Shown: positions 39,772 to 48,673 of the stretch, in pieces
How the letters are laid out: every line of letters starts with the position of its first letter
Numbering within the stretch: position 1 is the first letter of the stretch
Virus record (IMG/VR): IMGVR_UViG_3300049988_000124
Coordinates: 128,001 to 192,000 of that record
Source: a virus
Lineage: Duplodnaviria; Caudoviricetes
Strand: one strand, 5' to 3'
DNA: 64,000 nucleotides
Made by a program: the position numbers and the translations under genes
The notes under the pieces: generated by a model
What the model was told of the DNA's origin: nothing
Database searches by the model: none
Seen by the model: only the letters and a program-made list of their open reading frames with translations

Positions 39772-40098
39772 TTACGACAGCGCCTGCGAGATGGCGCGAG
39801 CGACGTCCTCGGCGTCACCGGCCGAGAAGAACGACGGCATCGCGCGGCCGGTGTAGTGGTAGTTCATCGCGCTGGCGACGCCGAGGCCGGTCGCGCTGGC
39901 CGCGACGACGGTCGTGGTGCCGGGGTTGTCGCGGAAGGCGCGGGCGATCTTGCCGAAGAAGCCGGGCTTGTCGATGGTGATCTCGTGCTTGTCGGTGCGC
40001 ACCGCGCCGTTGGCGTCGACGGTGGTGGTGTCCGACGAGATCGTGCCGGTGGTCGAAGCAGCGGCGGCGGCGGGCGAGATCTGAGAAATGACGGTCAT
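39772..40098 (-). CDS. Hypothetical protein with one hydrophobic helix
   Basis: MTVISQIS start after AAGGGA; strong C/G-ending codon bias. Confidence 0.65.
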   Translation of the reverse strand: MTVISQISPAAAAASTTGTISSDTTTVDANGAVRTDKHEITIDKPGFFGKIARAFRDNPGTTTVVAASATGLGVASAMNYHYTGRAMPSFFSAGDAEDVARAISQALS

Positions 40099-40272
40099 GG
40101 GAAATCCCTTCAGTTGAAATGTTTGTTGGAAAACGAAGCACCGCTCATGGGAATGTAAGCGGCGATAGAAAAGGTAGGTCGTGGGGGAGGGGTTGGAGTG
40201 ATACAACCGTTACATGACGAATTCCTTTTGCTTGAAGAATGAGGGGAAATGAGTCAATTCATCTACCCTTAT

Positions 40273-40287
40273 CAACTCAGTAATATG
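40273..40287 (-). promoter_or_regulatory. Early-type promoter CATATTAC-TGAG-TTG
   Basis: Near-consensus in an AT-rich intergenic region. Confidence 0.5.
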
Positions 40288-40326
40288 GGGCTTCAGAATT
40301 TTGATCTCGGTATCCCCTCGGGGATA

Positions 40327-40962
40327 TTACGCGCGCCGGTGGGCGACACCGACACCCAGGAGGGCACCGAAGCCGAGCCAGACGGCGTTGTTCTTCACCC
40401 AGTTGACGGTGTCGGTGCAGTTCTGCGAGAAGGTCTCGTAGATGCCCTGACGCTCGGCGGTCTTGGCCGCCTTCATCTCGAGCTTGGCGAGAAGCTCGGG
40501 TGCGAGCTCGTCCGGGTTGACCTGGCCGACGAAGTTGAGCTGCGAGAAGAAGCCGCCGCGCGTGAAGCCGTCGGGCCGGTAGTAGGAACCGTCCTGATCA
40601 GCGAAGCGGTAGCCGTCAGCGTAGAATCGCGAGCTCTCCGGCACGGTGCCGACGATCTTGCAGATCTGGTCGAGCCCGTTCAGATAGTAGCCGCCGATCT
40701 CGACGACTGCGTAGGGCGACTCGGGCGCGGGCTCCATGAAGGTGCACACGATGTCGTGAGCGTTCTTCTGCTCGACGGGCAGATCGCCCATCGTGCCGAC
40801 GACGCTGCCGTCCTCGCGGTAGTTGATGCCGTTGTCACCACGAAAACGGAAGCCGAGGTGATGCTCGGTCTCGTCCTCACCAAAGGCGTGGACCATGATG
40901 ACCTTGGCACCGACGGTGTCGACGAAGATGGTGCCGAGGGCGAGCTTGAGAGTATCGGACAT
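40327..40962 (-). CDS. Protein with two copies of the 60-aa G..Y..DG beta domain plus C-terminal anchor
   Basis: FRGDNGINYREDG and FADQDGSYYRPDG; C-terminal WLGFGALLGVGVA. Confidence 0.7.
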   Translation of the reverse strand: MSDTLKLALGTIFVDTVGAKVIMVHAFGEDETEHHLGFRFRGDNGINYREDGSVVGTMGDLPVEQKNAHDIVCTFMEPAPESPYAVVEIGGYYLNGLDQICKIVGTVPESSRFYADGYRFADQDGSYYRPDGFTRGGFFSQLNFVGQVNPDELAPELLAKLEMKAAKTAERQGIYETFSQNCTDTVNWVKNNAVWLGFGALLGVGVAHRRA

Positions 40963-40997
40963 GAGAGTATTCCTTTTTTCACTGATTGATGGGTGAT

Positions 40998-41031
40998 ACA
41001 TGACCTGAGGGCAAATGCCCTCAGGTCATGT
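40998..41031 (-). terminator. Hairpin
   Basis: Perfect 15-bp stem ACATGACCTGAGGGC-AAAT-GCCCTCAGGTCATGT. Confidence 0.7.
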
Positions 41032-41039
41032 GATGGGGT

Positions 41040-41747
41040 TTAATCGGGTGCAGTAACGAGCATCTGCCGTACCCAATCGGGCAGAGCGTTGAAGTTTTTG
41101 GTGGAGCGATCATGAATCTCGCCCTTCCACCTTACCCAATCCGACTGATGAGCTTCAACACCCTCAACAGCTCGGTCCCGATCACGCACAGAAGTTTGCG
41201 CGGCGAGCCAGGCGATGTCGTTCTTGAGCCACGGGTTCATGACCACACCTGCGGCCTTGAGTTGACTCATGATGTGGTTGAGGCCCTCGCGGACGTCGTG
41301 GTACCCTGCCCAGACCGGAGGCGGTGGATTCGCTTCACCTTCCTCGGGGTAGCGAACATAGGTACCCGAGCTAACTAGTGATCCTGGCATATGTCCACCG
41401 GTGGGTTGGAAGTTGTAGTGGAGATGAGCGACGTTGACCGACGGCTTACCGAATCCTTCCTTCTCGCCGTAGTCAGACGTGTAGGTGTCGAAGGTGAGGA
41501 GGAAACCGTCGCGGTGAGCGTAGACGTAGTAGGAGTCGGTACGCTCACGGCCGCAGTGGTTGTGCTGGAAGTCGTCCTTCAGCACCTGCTCGAAGCCCGA
41601 CTCGACGAACTTCTCCTGGTACTGCTCGAGGGACATACCGAAGTGGGTGTCACCCGACGACGTGAAGCTGTCGCGAAGCTCCTGGCGATCTTTCTCGTAT
41701 TGGAGACCGCTAGTCCACTCGTCCTCGTGTGGATTGTAGTAATCCAT
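41040..41747 (-). CDS. Hypothetical protein
   Basis: 235 aa; GAAAGGA RBS. Confidence 0.7.
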   Translation of the reverse strand: MDYYNPHEDEWTSGLQYEKDRQELRDSFTSSGDTHFGMSLEQYQEKFVESGFEQVLKDDFQHNHCGRERTDSYYVYAHRDGFLLTFDTYTSDYGEKEGFGKPSVNVAHLHYNFQPTGGHMPGSLVSSGTYVRYPEEGEANPPPPVWAGYHDVREGLNHIMSQLKAAGVVMNPWLKNDIAWLAAQTSVRDRDRAVEGVEAHQSDWVRWKGEIHDRSTKNFNALPDWVRQMLVTAPD

Positions 41748-41761
41748 GACGTGTCCTTTCG

Positions 41762-42001
41762 TTAACGAAAATTCTTGGCGATGAACTTGGCGTGGTCACC
41801 GTACCAGGTAACAGGACGGTTATACGCGTAGCGACACATCGGAATATCGGTGAATTGCACTTCGATGCGTTCGAGCTCTAGACCATCTGCCTGAACGTTA
41901 AGTACGTCATCGGCGGAGTCGTTCATCTCCTCGATCTTTTTGTTCTCACCGACGTTGAGGAGTTTGTCGGAGTGTCCGTTACGCTTGTAGTAGAGTGCCA
42001 C
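41762..42001 (-). CDS. Hypothetical protein
   Basis: GTG start; AAGGAG RBS. Confidence 0.6.
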   Translation of the reverse strand: MALYYKRNGHSDKLLNVGENKKIEEMNDSADDVLNVQADGLELERIEVQFTDIPMCRYAYNRPVTWYGDHAKFIAKNFR

Positions 42002-42041
42002 CTTACTTCTCCTTGGTTAGCTATTGGACATCGACTGGGTG

Positions 42042-42170
42042 TCAGTTGCCCTGGTGTGAGATTCGGTGTACGATTTTTCGCACCTTTCTGTAGAACTTGG
42101 CAAGGCGATTATACCTTGCCAGCTTCCGCCTGTCAGAACGTCGACGGTTATTAGCTGTTTTCCATCTCAT
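42042..42170 (-). CDS. Very basic 42-aa peptide
   Basis: MRWKTANNRRRSDRRKLARYNRLAKFYRKVRK; AGGGA RBS. Confidence 0.45.
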   Translation of the reverse strand: MRWKTANNRRRSDRRKLARYNRLAKFYRKVRKIVHRISHQGN

Positions 42171-42245
42171 GGATTTTTCCCTGATTGTTTGCTGATAGTT
42201 TATAAAGAGGGTGGACTCCGAAGAACCCACCCCAAATAGAAAATA

Positions 42246-42752
42246 TCAGTCCGGTTTGTAGACCGAGACGATGTTGTTCGCCGGGTCAGTGCTGAACATC
42301 TTCCTGCCGTCGGGAAGATAGCCCTTCTTGTTGGCGTCGTAGAAGCGGGGAAATTCGTCCTTGACTTCCTCGCAGATGAGAACGCGTCCGCCGTTACCGA
42401 GATTATACTCGGTGCCGACCCGAAGAGAGATGCCGGGCTTCTTGATCTCGATCATCCCGTTGGCATCCGCGTTGCGGTACGTATCATCGATCACGCGGAA
42501 GTGCTTGTCGGACTCCTCCCGGTCTTCCGGGCGGAGCGGAACGAGGCGGGTGATAGCACCGTTGTTGGTGAAGAGATCGTGAATGAACTCGGCTTCGATG
42601 AAACCGGTCATCGCACAACTCGACACAATGGTCCGGGTCTGGCGGAGACACTCCTCCAGTTCCGCGATGCGCTCCTTCAGCTTCGTGTTCTCCGAACGAA
42701 GAGGATTGTGTAGGAGACGATCTGCGAGCGTGGGTCCGTTATCATAGCTCAT
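42246..42752 (-). CDS. Coiled-coil protein with C-terminal G..Y..DG beta domain
   Basis: LRVGTEYNLGNGGRVLI...KGYLPDG...NIVSV. Confidence 0.7.
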   Translation of the reverse strand: MSYDNGPTLADRLLHNPLRSENTKLKERIAELEECLRQTRTIVSSCAMTGFIEAEFIHDLFTNNGAITRLVPLRPEDREESDKHFRVIDDTYRNADANGMIEIKKPGISLRVGTEYNLGNGGRVLICEEVKDEFPRFYDANKKGYLPDGRKMFSTDPANNIVSVYKPD

Positions 42753-42770
42753 GATTTTTCTCCCTAGAAT

Positions 42771-43334
42771 TTACAAGAGATTGAGAGTCTTCCTAACGGC
42801 AACTTCAGCTGCTCGCTTGCGAAGATCTTCCCAGTCGTCACTGATGTACGTATAAAGCATGAACTGATCGAGTGTCTGACCTCCTGCCCATTTAGGGAAA
42901 GAGGTCATCTCTCCGACTGCTTGAGCTACGGCAGCGACAATTTCATCGAAATGGTCTGGGAGCGGTTGCTGCTCGACCTTTTGAGGAGTCGAGATAACTT
43001 CGATGAGATCGCCGGGTGAATGATAGACACCGGCGCTGCGGTGCCATCCATCCCAGTGACCGTTAGCGTCGTAACAGCGCGTATCGCTGCCGAGGAAGAG
43101 CGTGTCGGTCTCGTTCATCGAGACGATGGTGACGACTTCATCGATCGCGTTGCGGTAGATACCGCCGACGACGACCACGATAGGATCGCGCTTGCTGGCA
43201 GCGAGGAGCTTCAGCTTGGCGACGATCGTTGTTGCTTGCGACTTGGTGATCCGACCATCGAGGGCAGGATACGTCCCCATTGAGTCAAAGACGCTGTCGA
43301 CGGCTTCTTGGTGAGTCAGTTCATTGATGTTCAT
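42771..43334 (-). CDS. Protein with central G..Y..DG beta domain
   Basis: VVGGIYRNAIDEVVTI...FLGSDTRCYDANG...DLIEV; AAGGAG RBS before ATG 43334. Confidence 0.7.
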   Translation of the reverse strand: MNINELTHQEAVDSVFDSMGTYPALDGRITKSQATTIVAKLKLLAASKRDPIVVVVGGIYRNAIDEVVTIVSMNETDTLFLGSDTRCYDANGHWDGWHRSAGVYHSPGDLIEVISTPQKVEQQPLPDHFDEIVAAVAQAVGEMTSFPKWAGGQTLDQFMLYTYISDDWEDLRKRAAEVAVRKTLNLL

Positions 43335-43420
43335 GATTACTCTCCTTGTTGATAGAGTTAAGACAGTATCTATTGCACCCGGACAGATGTTAAGTCCATT
43401 CGGATGCAAGGGTTAGTGTC

Positions 43421-43747
43421 TCAATAGTCGAACTTCTCACCCAGCGCAGTGAGGACGAGCACGAGACAGTCGAGAACGACCGCTACTTCATGCATTGCCC
43501 ACATGCGCCTGGAGACTTGCTCGAGCGCGGAGTTGTTGAGGTTCAACATGGGCGTGTACCCATCCTCCCCCTTAGTGCCCAGCGTGTAACCAGCAAGCAT
43601 GTCGACCTTCATCGAACTACTGTTGGTTATGTTGGCGACCAGCTGAACCTGGTCAAGACGGTTGAGGAGCGTTACCACCGCGACGTTGTCGGGGAAGAGC
43701 TTCGCTGTCTCTTGTACTTGGGTGATGATGTTTTTCTTGCTACCCAC
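43421..43747 (-). CDS. Hypothetical protein
   Basis: 108 aa; GGAG RBS with GTG. Confidence 0.6.
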   Translation of the reverse strand: MGSKKNIITQVQETAKLFPDNVAVVTLLNRLDQVQLVANITNSSSMKVDMLAGYTLGTKGEDGYTPMLNLNNSALEQVSRRMWAMHEVAVVLDCLVLVLTALGEKFDY

Positions 43748-43759
43748 GATGTTTCTCCG

Positions 43760-43996
43760 CTATGACCTAGAAGCCAACCGTTCCCGGCTACGGCTGGCAC
43801 GTAGATCTCGGTTTTTGTCCACCAAGTAATCAGGGACGTTCACTTTGTCCTTGGTGACTTTGTGAGTCACTTTGGTTTTCATGGACATCACCCGGTACTC
43901 AGTAGCGTTGCTGGTATCCGACACGATCTCGAACTCCTCGCTTCCCAGGGACGGACAGAGAACGAGATCGTGTTTCTTAAGACGCATTGCTGGCAT
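43760..43996 (-). CDS. Small SH3-like hypothetical protein
   Basis: LKKHDLV...FEIV...EYRV beta pattern. Confidence 0.55.
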   Translation of the reverse strand: MPAMRLKKHDLVLCPSLGSEEFEIVSDTSNATEYRVMSMKTKVTHKVTKDKVNVPDYLVDKNRDLRASRSRERLASRS

Positions 43997-43999
43997 CGG

Positions 44000-44239
44000 T
44001 CAGCTGATCTTCGAGAAGTGAATGAGGAAGGTCATCGGATCTCCGAAGATATCGAAGTAGATCACCTTCAACGTTGCCGTCCGTCCCTTGGCGTTCTCGA
44101 TCCTGACGACCCGTTCGGCCAGGCCGTCATACTCCTGAAGCTTCTCAGCCAGGTTGCGACACACCCTGGTCGTCAGACCAACGATACCTGCACTGCTGGC
44201 TGCCTTGAAGATTTCGTCGAAGAGTGGATTGTCAGACAT
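44000..44239 (-). CDS. Hypothetical protein
   Basis: 79 aa; AAGGA RBS. Confidence 0.6.
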   Translation of the reverse strand: MSDNPLFDEIFKAASSAGIVGLTTRVCRNLAEKLQEYDGLAERVVRIENAKGRTATLKVIYFDIFGDPMTFLIHFSKIS

Positions 44240-44253
44240 CGTACTGGTCCTTG

Positions 44254-44472
44254 TTAGACGCGAACGAAGCCGTTAGCCTCAGCCTGCGCAGCAGCCGCTT
44301 CCCAGAGCTTGGCCTGGGCGGTGTGAAACGCGACTTTCGCCTTCAGGGCAAAGTAGCGCGGCGGATAGCCGTTGATCTGGTCGATCTCGAGCTTCAGGAT
44401 GTTCACCTCGACGCGGTGCTTGCGAGCGACGTTGCGGCGAGTGGTGGCACACATTTCGGTCAGCTTGGTCAT
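44254..44472 (-). CDS. Small basic helical protein
   Basis: 72 aa; AGGAG RBS. Confidence 0.6.
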   Translation of the reverse strand: MTKLTEMCATTRRNVARKHRVEVNILKLEIDQINGYPPRYFALKAKVAFHTAQAKLWEAAAAQAEANGFVRV

Positions 44473-44520
44473 CGAACTTACTCCTGGTTAGATGTGAAAA
44501 GGTGGGTTGTAGTGTTGGGG

Positions 44521-44826
44521 TTAGATGAGGTTCTTCCACTTGGGAGAGAACAACATGGCGCCGTGGTAGGTATGATCATACCGGTAGATGATAAAGATCG
44601 AACTGATCTCACCATCGACATCGGTGGTGGACGAGACGGCGTAAGCCATCTTGTTCATGACAAGTTCACCCCGCAAGGTTTTCAACTCGTAGAGCATGAC
44701 GTAGAAGGTTTCGGCCGTAATTTCGAAAGGAGAATATACCTCCCAATCCAGAAACGACTTCCAGGTCGGCTTGTGGCCGTCCATGTCGGTGATCTGATCA
44801 CCGGGTGTGACAGATTTAAGTGTCAT
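44521..44826 (-). CDS. Hypothetical protein
   Basis: AAAGGAAG RBS before ATG 44826. Confidence 0.6.
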   Translation of the reverse strand: MTLKSVTPGDQITDMDGHKPTWKSFLDWEVYSPFEITAETFYVMLYELKTLRGELVMNKMAYAVSSTTDVDGEISSIFIIYRYDHTYHGAMLFSPKWKNLI

Positions 44827-44856
44827 GACATCTTCCTTTCTTAAAGAGTTAAAACG

Positions 44857-44870
44857 CACCTTTAATAGTA
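44857..44870 (-). promoter_or_regulatory. Variant promoter-like motif TACTATTA-AAG-GTG
   Basis: Intergenic; resembles 51223 copy. Confidence 0.35.
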
Positions 44871-44905
44871 CCCCGGCTCTGACCCAGGATACTAGAATAT
44901 ATGCG

Positions 44906-45136
44906 TTACTTCAGGAGGGCATCGCGCTGAGCCTTGAGGGCAGCGTATTTCTCCTGTTTGCGGGTAGGGAGATCGGCCAGACAGATCTCGTAGTCGCGAT
45001 CTGCGTCGTAGATTTTCTTCATCTCGTCCGTGAGTTCTTCGACTTTACTCATGATTTGAGCCTTTCCGAATTTAGTCGCCGTAGAAATTCCCGTGGAGAT
45101 AATAATCCTCGGGATCGAATGGTTCGAACGCACCAA
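44906..45136 (-). CDS. Small coiled-coil hypothetical protein (start uncertain, possibly MSKVEE)
   Basis: Fills the gap on the operon strand. Confidence 0.45.
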   Translation of the reverse strand: MVRSNHSIPRIIISTGISTATKFGKAQIMSKVEELTDEMKKIYDADRDYEICLADLPTRKQEKYAALKAQRDALLK

Positions 45137-45608
45137 CGACCACGGTTACCCCTGGACCATATTCCTTGGAAAGGAGCACGATGTGGGGGAGACCCATCGC
45201 CTTAGCGATAAGGTTGGTAACGCGGCGCATTGCGTCGCTCTGGGGTCGCCAGAACTCGAACATCTGATACTGCCGGGAGTTACACTGGTGAAACCACTGC
45301 AACTGCTTTGCCAGGTTCTTGTAGCAGAGTTGACGAAACTTCTCGATCTGCTCGATGTGGTCGGAGTAGAGCGTGAGACACACTCCCTTTCCTGGAACAG
45401 CATCACTCAAAACGAGCTGCTCTTTCTGGTCAGTGAAGAGTCGAGGATTTGCCTCAACGAACTCTATCACCTTTCCGAACTCGAGCAGGTTATCGACATC
45501 CGTGCCATCCGTGTCGATGGCAACGGCGTCGCGCAGGATCTGGTCAGCGGTCGGGATCGTGGTGTACCCGAAACGCAGACTGGTTTCCTGAAGACTCTTG
45601 GCGTCCAT
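45072..45608 (-). CDS. Hypothetical protein
   Basis: 178 aa; GAGGTG RBS. Confidence 0.6.
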   Translation of the reverse strand: MDAKSLQETSLRFGYTTIPTADQILRDAVAIDTDGTDVDNLLEFGKVIEFVEANPRLFTDQKEQLVLSDAVPGKGVCLTLYSDHIEQIEKFRQLCYKNLAKQLQWFHQCNSRQYQMFEFWRPQSDAMRRVTNLIAKAMGLPHIVLLSKEYGPGVTVVVGAFEPFDPEDYYLHGNFYGD

Positions 45609-45628
45609 GTGTCACCTCGTGTAAATGG

Positions 45629-46156
45629 TCAGCGGATACCCGCCTCGTATTGTTCTTTGGACACGCCCTTGAGGAGATAGTCATTCTCGTTGTATTCCGG
45701 CACGCATTCCGCCCGACAGAACACCACGGTGATACACGAACCCCGAAGGTCCTTGCTGTGGTGAAACTTGTAGTCGGTGTGACGCGAGACCCACTGCTCC
45801 ATGTAGGTACCACTGCCCGAGTAAGTCGGCCAGGGGAACTCCGGCGTGGAGTCGAGACTCACCACCATCTCGAGGAAGCGATCGTTTTTCATCTTAAGGA
45901 TGTTGACGATACGCGTGAGCTCGGGACTGGGTCGGAAGTCTGGTGGTAACGGATTGGCGTAAATCATGCCGGTAACCGGATCACCGGTTCCGAAGATGTC
46001 CGACAGATTGGGTTTGGTGTTGCGAGGACGACTGAGTGCGCCGCGTTCCATCCGCTGCGAGAAGGTGGGTTTTCCACCCATCGCTTCCCGCTCGGCGATC
46101 CGCGCATTGAGGCGCTCCAGTGCTTCCTTGCGCTTCTGTTCTTTCGACTTGGCCAT
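45629..46156 (-). CDS. Hypothetical protein with basic N-terminus
   Basis: 175 aa; GAGGAG RBS. Confidence 0.65.
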   Translation of the reverse strand: MAKSKEQKRKEALERLNARIAEREAMGGKPTFSQRMERGALSRPRNTKPNLSDIFGTGDPVTGMIYANPLPPDFRPSPELTRIVNILKMKNDRFLEMVVSLDSTPEFPWPTYSGSGTYMEQWVSRHTDYKFHHSKDLRGSCITVVFCRAECVPEYNENDYLLKGVSKEQYEAGIR

Positions 46157-46158
46157 GA

Positions 46159-46272
46159 CTAGCTCCTCACGATCAAACCAGTACGAAGATCCACGGCGTA
46201 CCGCAGACCATCGATGGTGACCCAGTCCACATTCTTCCTTCCGCCGGATGAATATAGCAAACTGGTTTTCAT
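46159..46272 (-). CDS. Small hypothetical peptide (37 aa)
   Basis: Not in track. MKTSLLYSSGGRKNVDWVTIDGLRYAVDLRTGLIVRS; GGGAGG RBS. Confidence 0.55.
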   Translation of the reverse strand: MKTSLLYSSGGRKNVDWVTIDGLRYAVDLRTGLIVRS

Positions 46273-46294
46273 AAAAACCTCCCTTGTCTAGCGT

Positions 46295-46462
46295 CTAGTC
46301 GCAGACGCCGGTTTTTCTCCACTCTTCAATGCGGCGACCGCATTGATCGTAGGTTGCGCCGCGCAAGTGGGTGTTGTGGACACCGCCTCGATGTTCCGGC
46401 TGCGAGTGGAGGATCAGACGGTATTTCTTCTTACCGTCCTTCCTGATTTCAGCGGTTGCCAT
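46295..46462 (-). CDS. Small basic hypothetical protein
   Basis: AAGGAG RBS before ATG 46462. Confidence 0.55.
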   Translation of the reverse strand: MATAEIRKDGKKKYRLILHSQPEHRGGVHNTHLRGATYDQCGRRIEEWRKTGVCD

Positions 46463-46473
46463 TAGGCTTCTCC

Positions 46474-46701
46474 TTAATTCTGATAAGGGTTGAGGATGAG
46501 CGCTTTCTGACGCTCGCTGAACGCGTTCAGCCAGAAGGTGTGACGCTCGTTGCCGATCTCCCACTCCGGATCGTCGTGATAGTCGATGCCGTACTTCTCC
46601 GTATATGCTGCACGCGCAACATCGGCGGCCGACTGGTGAATGTTGGTGTGGAACATGACCTCGCGGTCACCGGTCTGACTGGCAGGAATGGCGTAGGCCA
46701 T
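46474..46701 (-). CDS. Hypothetical protein
   Basis: GAAAGGA RBS before ATG 46701. Confidence 0.6.
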   Translation of the reverse strand: MAYAIPASQTGDREVMFHTNIHQSAADVARAAYTEKYGIDYHDDPEWEIGNERHTFWLNAFSERQKALILNPYQN

Positions 46702-46778
46702 GATGTGAAATCCTTTCATGGTGTAAATGGCAGATTGTGAAAAGGGCGGATACGAATACCCGCCCCTAACAGAAGCTG

Positions 46779-47417
46779 TCACTTGGGAAGCGGCATCCAC
46801 TCGAGGTTGGCCTCGTATGGATTTTCGGTGAACGCATCACCTTTCTGCCAACTCACCGCCTTCACTCCATTATGGGTCGTGAAGAACTTACCTTCCACCA
46901 GCTGCGCGACGACGGGCGTATGAGGAAATCCATCATCGTTATCGTTTCCACGTTGGCGAACGAGAACGTAAGATTCCTCAGCGGCAGGAAGGACAGAATC
47001 CTCGGTGAAAGGCTGGTACGACGACTGAGGCGAACGACTTACCATGCGAGGAATAACCGCGCAGGCGTTGATACCGCCTGCCGCCTGGAGCGCCGTGTCA
47101 CGACGCGCCGCAGAAGCGATGATCACACCGCTGCTACGCTGGACGACGTCGAATTCACACTCTCCCCTGGGTATGACCTGATACACACCCCTGGGATCAT
47201 GTCCCCCTTCGTAGCTGCTGGGTTCGCAGTGAGAAGCGTTCGCGAACCAGGCGATAACGCCCTTGGCGTCGATGGCATTCTGCGTCATTCGACCATCGAC
47301 GGTGATACAGAACCGCTCGGGCTTACCCTGGTAGTTCGTCCCGTCGAGGATATCGATTTCGACATTCTGACCATGACGGTCGGTGAAGTTGGCAAGATTG
47401 CCAGTCATCTCGGGCAT
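46779..47417 (-). CDS. Hypothetical protein
   Basis: 212 aa; GAAGGA RBS. Confidence 0.65.
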   Translation of the reverse strand: MPEMTGNLANFTDRHGQNVEIDILDGTNYQGKPERFCITVDGRMTQNAIDAKGVIAWFANASHCEPSSYEGGHDPRGVYQVIPRGECEFDVVQRSSGVIIASAARRDTALQAAGGINACAVIPRMVSRSPQSSYQPFTEDSVLPAAEESYVLVRQRGNDNDDGFPHTPVVAQLVEGKFFTTHNGVKAVSWQKGDAFTENPYEANLEWMPLPK

Positions 47418-47432
47418 GGAAATATCCTTCTT

Positions 47433-48053
47433 CTAGAGGGCAGCGGCGAGGTCGCGCTGACGACGCTTCTCGGCAGCATCGGCTTCGGCCTTGATGAGCT
47501 TGGGGCTCTTCTTGGTCGACAGCCAACCTTCGCGCTTCTCGTTGTCGGCGATGGTCGCGAGGACGTGGATGATGGTACCCTCGATCACCATCTTGCCTTG
47601 GGTGAAGATGAGGGTGGCGGTGTAGTGGTTCGAGCCGTCGTCGACGTCGCTGGGCGGTGCATTCCTGCGGAGCGCGTCGATAGCGTTTCCGGTCGAGGAA
47701 TACAGCGACACGCCCTGCATGACGAGAGCAAGGACGTCCAGCCGCATCTTAGACATACGCTCCAGCCCGTCACCCACGGTCTGAGCCACCGGGTCAAGAG
47801 CGGGGTTCGGTTTGTAGGTGAGCATCAGTAGATGATCACCGCCGACCTCGGCGACGTCGAGCGACGTCTGATGATCGGTGTCGACCAGGATGTTGCCCGA
47901 GTAGACCTCCTTGATCTCCCCGTCTGCGAACTTCGCCTGGTAATGGAGATGGGTGTGACCGTATCCGACGATCTTCACTTTCTCGTCCAGGTCAGCCGAG
48001 CTACCCGAACGGTTGGGCACAGCGACACGGTCGCCAATGAGCCAATTGTCCAT
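47433..48053 (-). CDS. Hypothetical protein with N-terminal Tudor/SH3-like module
   Basis: WLIGDRVAV...VKIVG...YQAKFADGEIKEV; GAAAGGA RBS before ATG 48053. Confidence 0.6.
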   Translation of the reverse strand: MDNWLIGDRVAVPNRSGSSADLDEKVKIVGYGHTHLHYQAKFADGEIKEVYSGNILVDTDHQTSLDVAEVGGDHLLMLTYKPNPALDPVAQTVGDGLERMSKMRLDVLALVMQGVSLYSSTGNAIDALRRNAPPSDVDDGSNHYTATLIFTQGKMVIEGTIIHVLATIADNEKREGWLSTKKSPKLIKAEADAAEKRRQRDLAAAL

Positions 48054-48072
48054 GGTGTAATCCTTTCTGCGT

Positions 48073-48243
48073 TTACTTGTTGGGGTTGAACCAGTAGCCA
48101 CCGTTCAGACGCCGAATTTCACGGCAATCATCTGCGACAGCGATACCCACCACCGCGACCAACATGGCCTCTCCGTACCGACCAAAGACGATCAGGAGGA
48201 GCACGAGGGCAGCGAGGATGATGAAGGGGAGAATGTCTTTCAT
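48073..48243 (-). CDS. Small membrane protein (56 aa)
   Basis: MKDILPFIILAALVLLLIVFGRYGEAMLVAVVGIAV. Confidence 0.6.
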   Translation of the reverse strand: MKDILPFIILAALVLLLIVFGRYGEAMLVAVVGIAVADDCREIRRLNGGYWFNPNK

Positions 48244-48285
48244 AGGACAAGTCCTTTCGAGTCGAAGAATAGTTACCGGCGAAAT

Positions 48286-48318
48286 AGTAGAGAGAGCCCA
48301 TGACGGGCTCTCTCTACT
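48286..48318 (-). terminator. Hairpin
   Basis: Perfect 14-bp stem AGTAGAGAGAGCCC-ATGAC-GGGCTCTCTCTACT. Confidence 0.7.
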
Positions 48319-48328
48319 GGTTAAGCGG

Positions 48329-48673
48329 TTAGGCGGGGACGGCGAGGTTGTCGTTGAGGACGAGCTCGCGCTGGGCGGTTGCGCCCTGGTTGACGTCACG
48401 CGCATCGATCCAGATACGGGTACGATGCATGTTGCTGATGCGGTTGCACATCAGGCGCAAGATGACCAGGCGACCGGAGACGACCGCGCCGTGATTGTCC
48501 TGCTTCTTGACCGGCACCCAGGCCAGGATCACGAAGGAACGGCTCCACCGACGGGTAGTGACCCCGGGCTGACGTCCGAGGACGATGCCGTAGTTGGTGA
48601 GGGGCGAGTACTGGGCGAGGAACCAGAAGGCGCGAAGGAGAACGCGGGCGAGCTGCTGAAGATAGATGTCCAT
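48329..48673 (-). CDS. Basic hypothetical protein
   Basis: 114 aa; C/G-ending codons; GGAAAGG RBS; overlapped 145 nt by the acyltransferase tail. Confidence 0.55.
   Translation of the reverse strand: MDIYLQQLARVLLRAFWFLAQYSPLTNYGIVLGRQPGVTTRRWSRSFVILAWVPVKKQDNHGAVVSGRLVILRLMCNRISNMHRTRIWIDARDVNQGATAQRELVLNDNLAVPA

Noticed and set aside
45115-45140. GGTTCGAA T-loop-like string suggesting a tRNA
   Set aside because: Inside coding sequence with no cloverleaf; no tRNA found in the window
46872-47831. 319-aa plus-strand ORF
   Set aside because: Antisense across two minus-strand genes that have good RBSs
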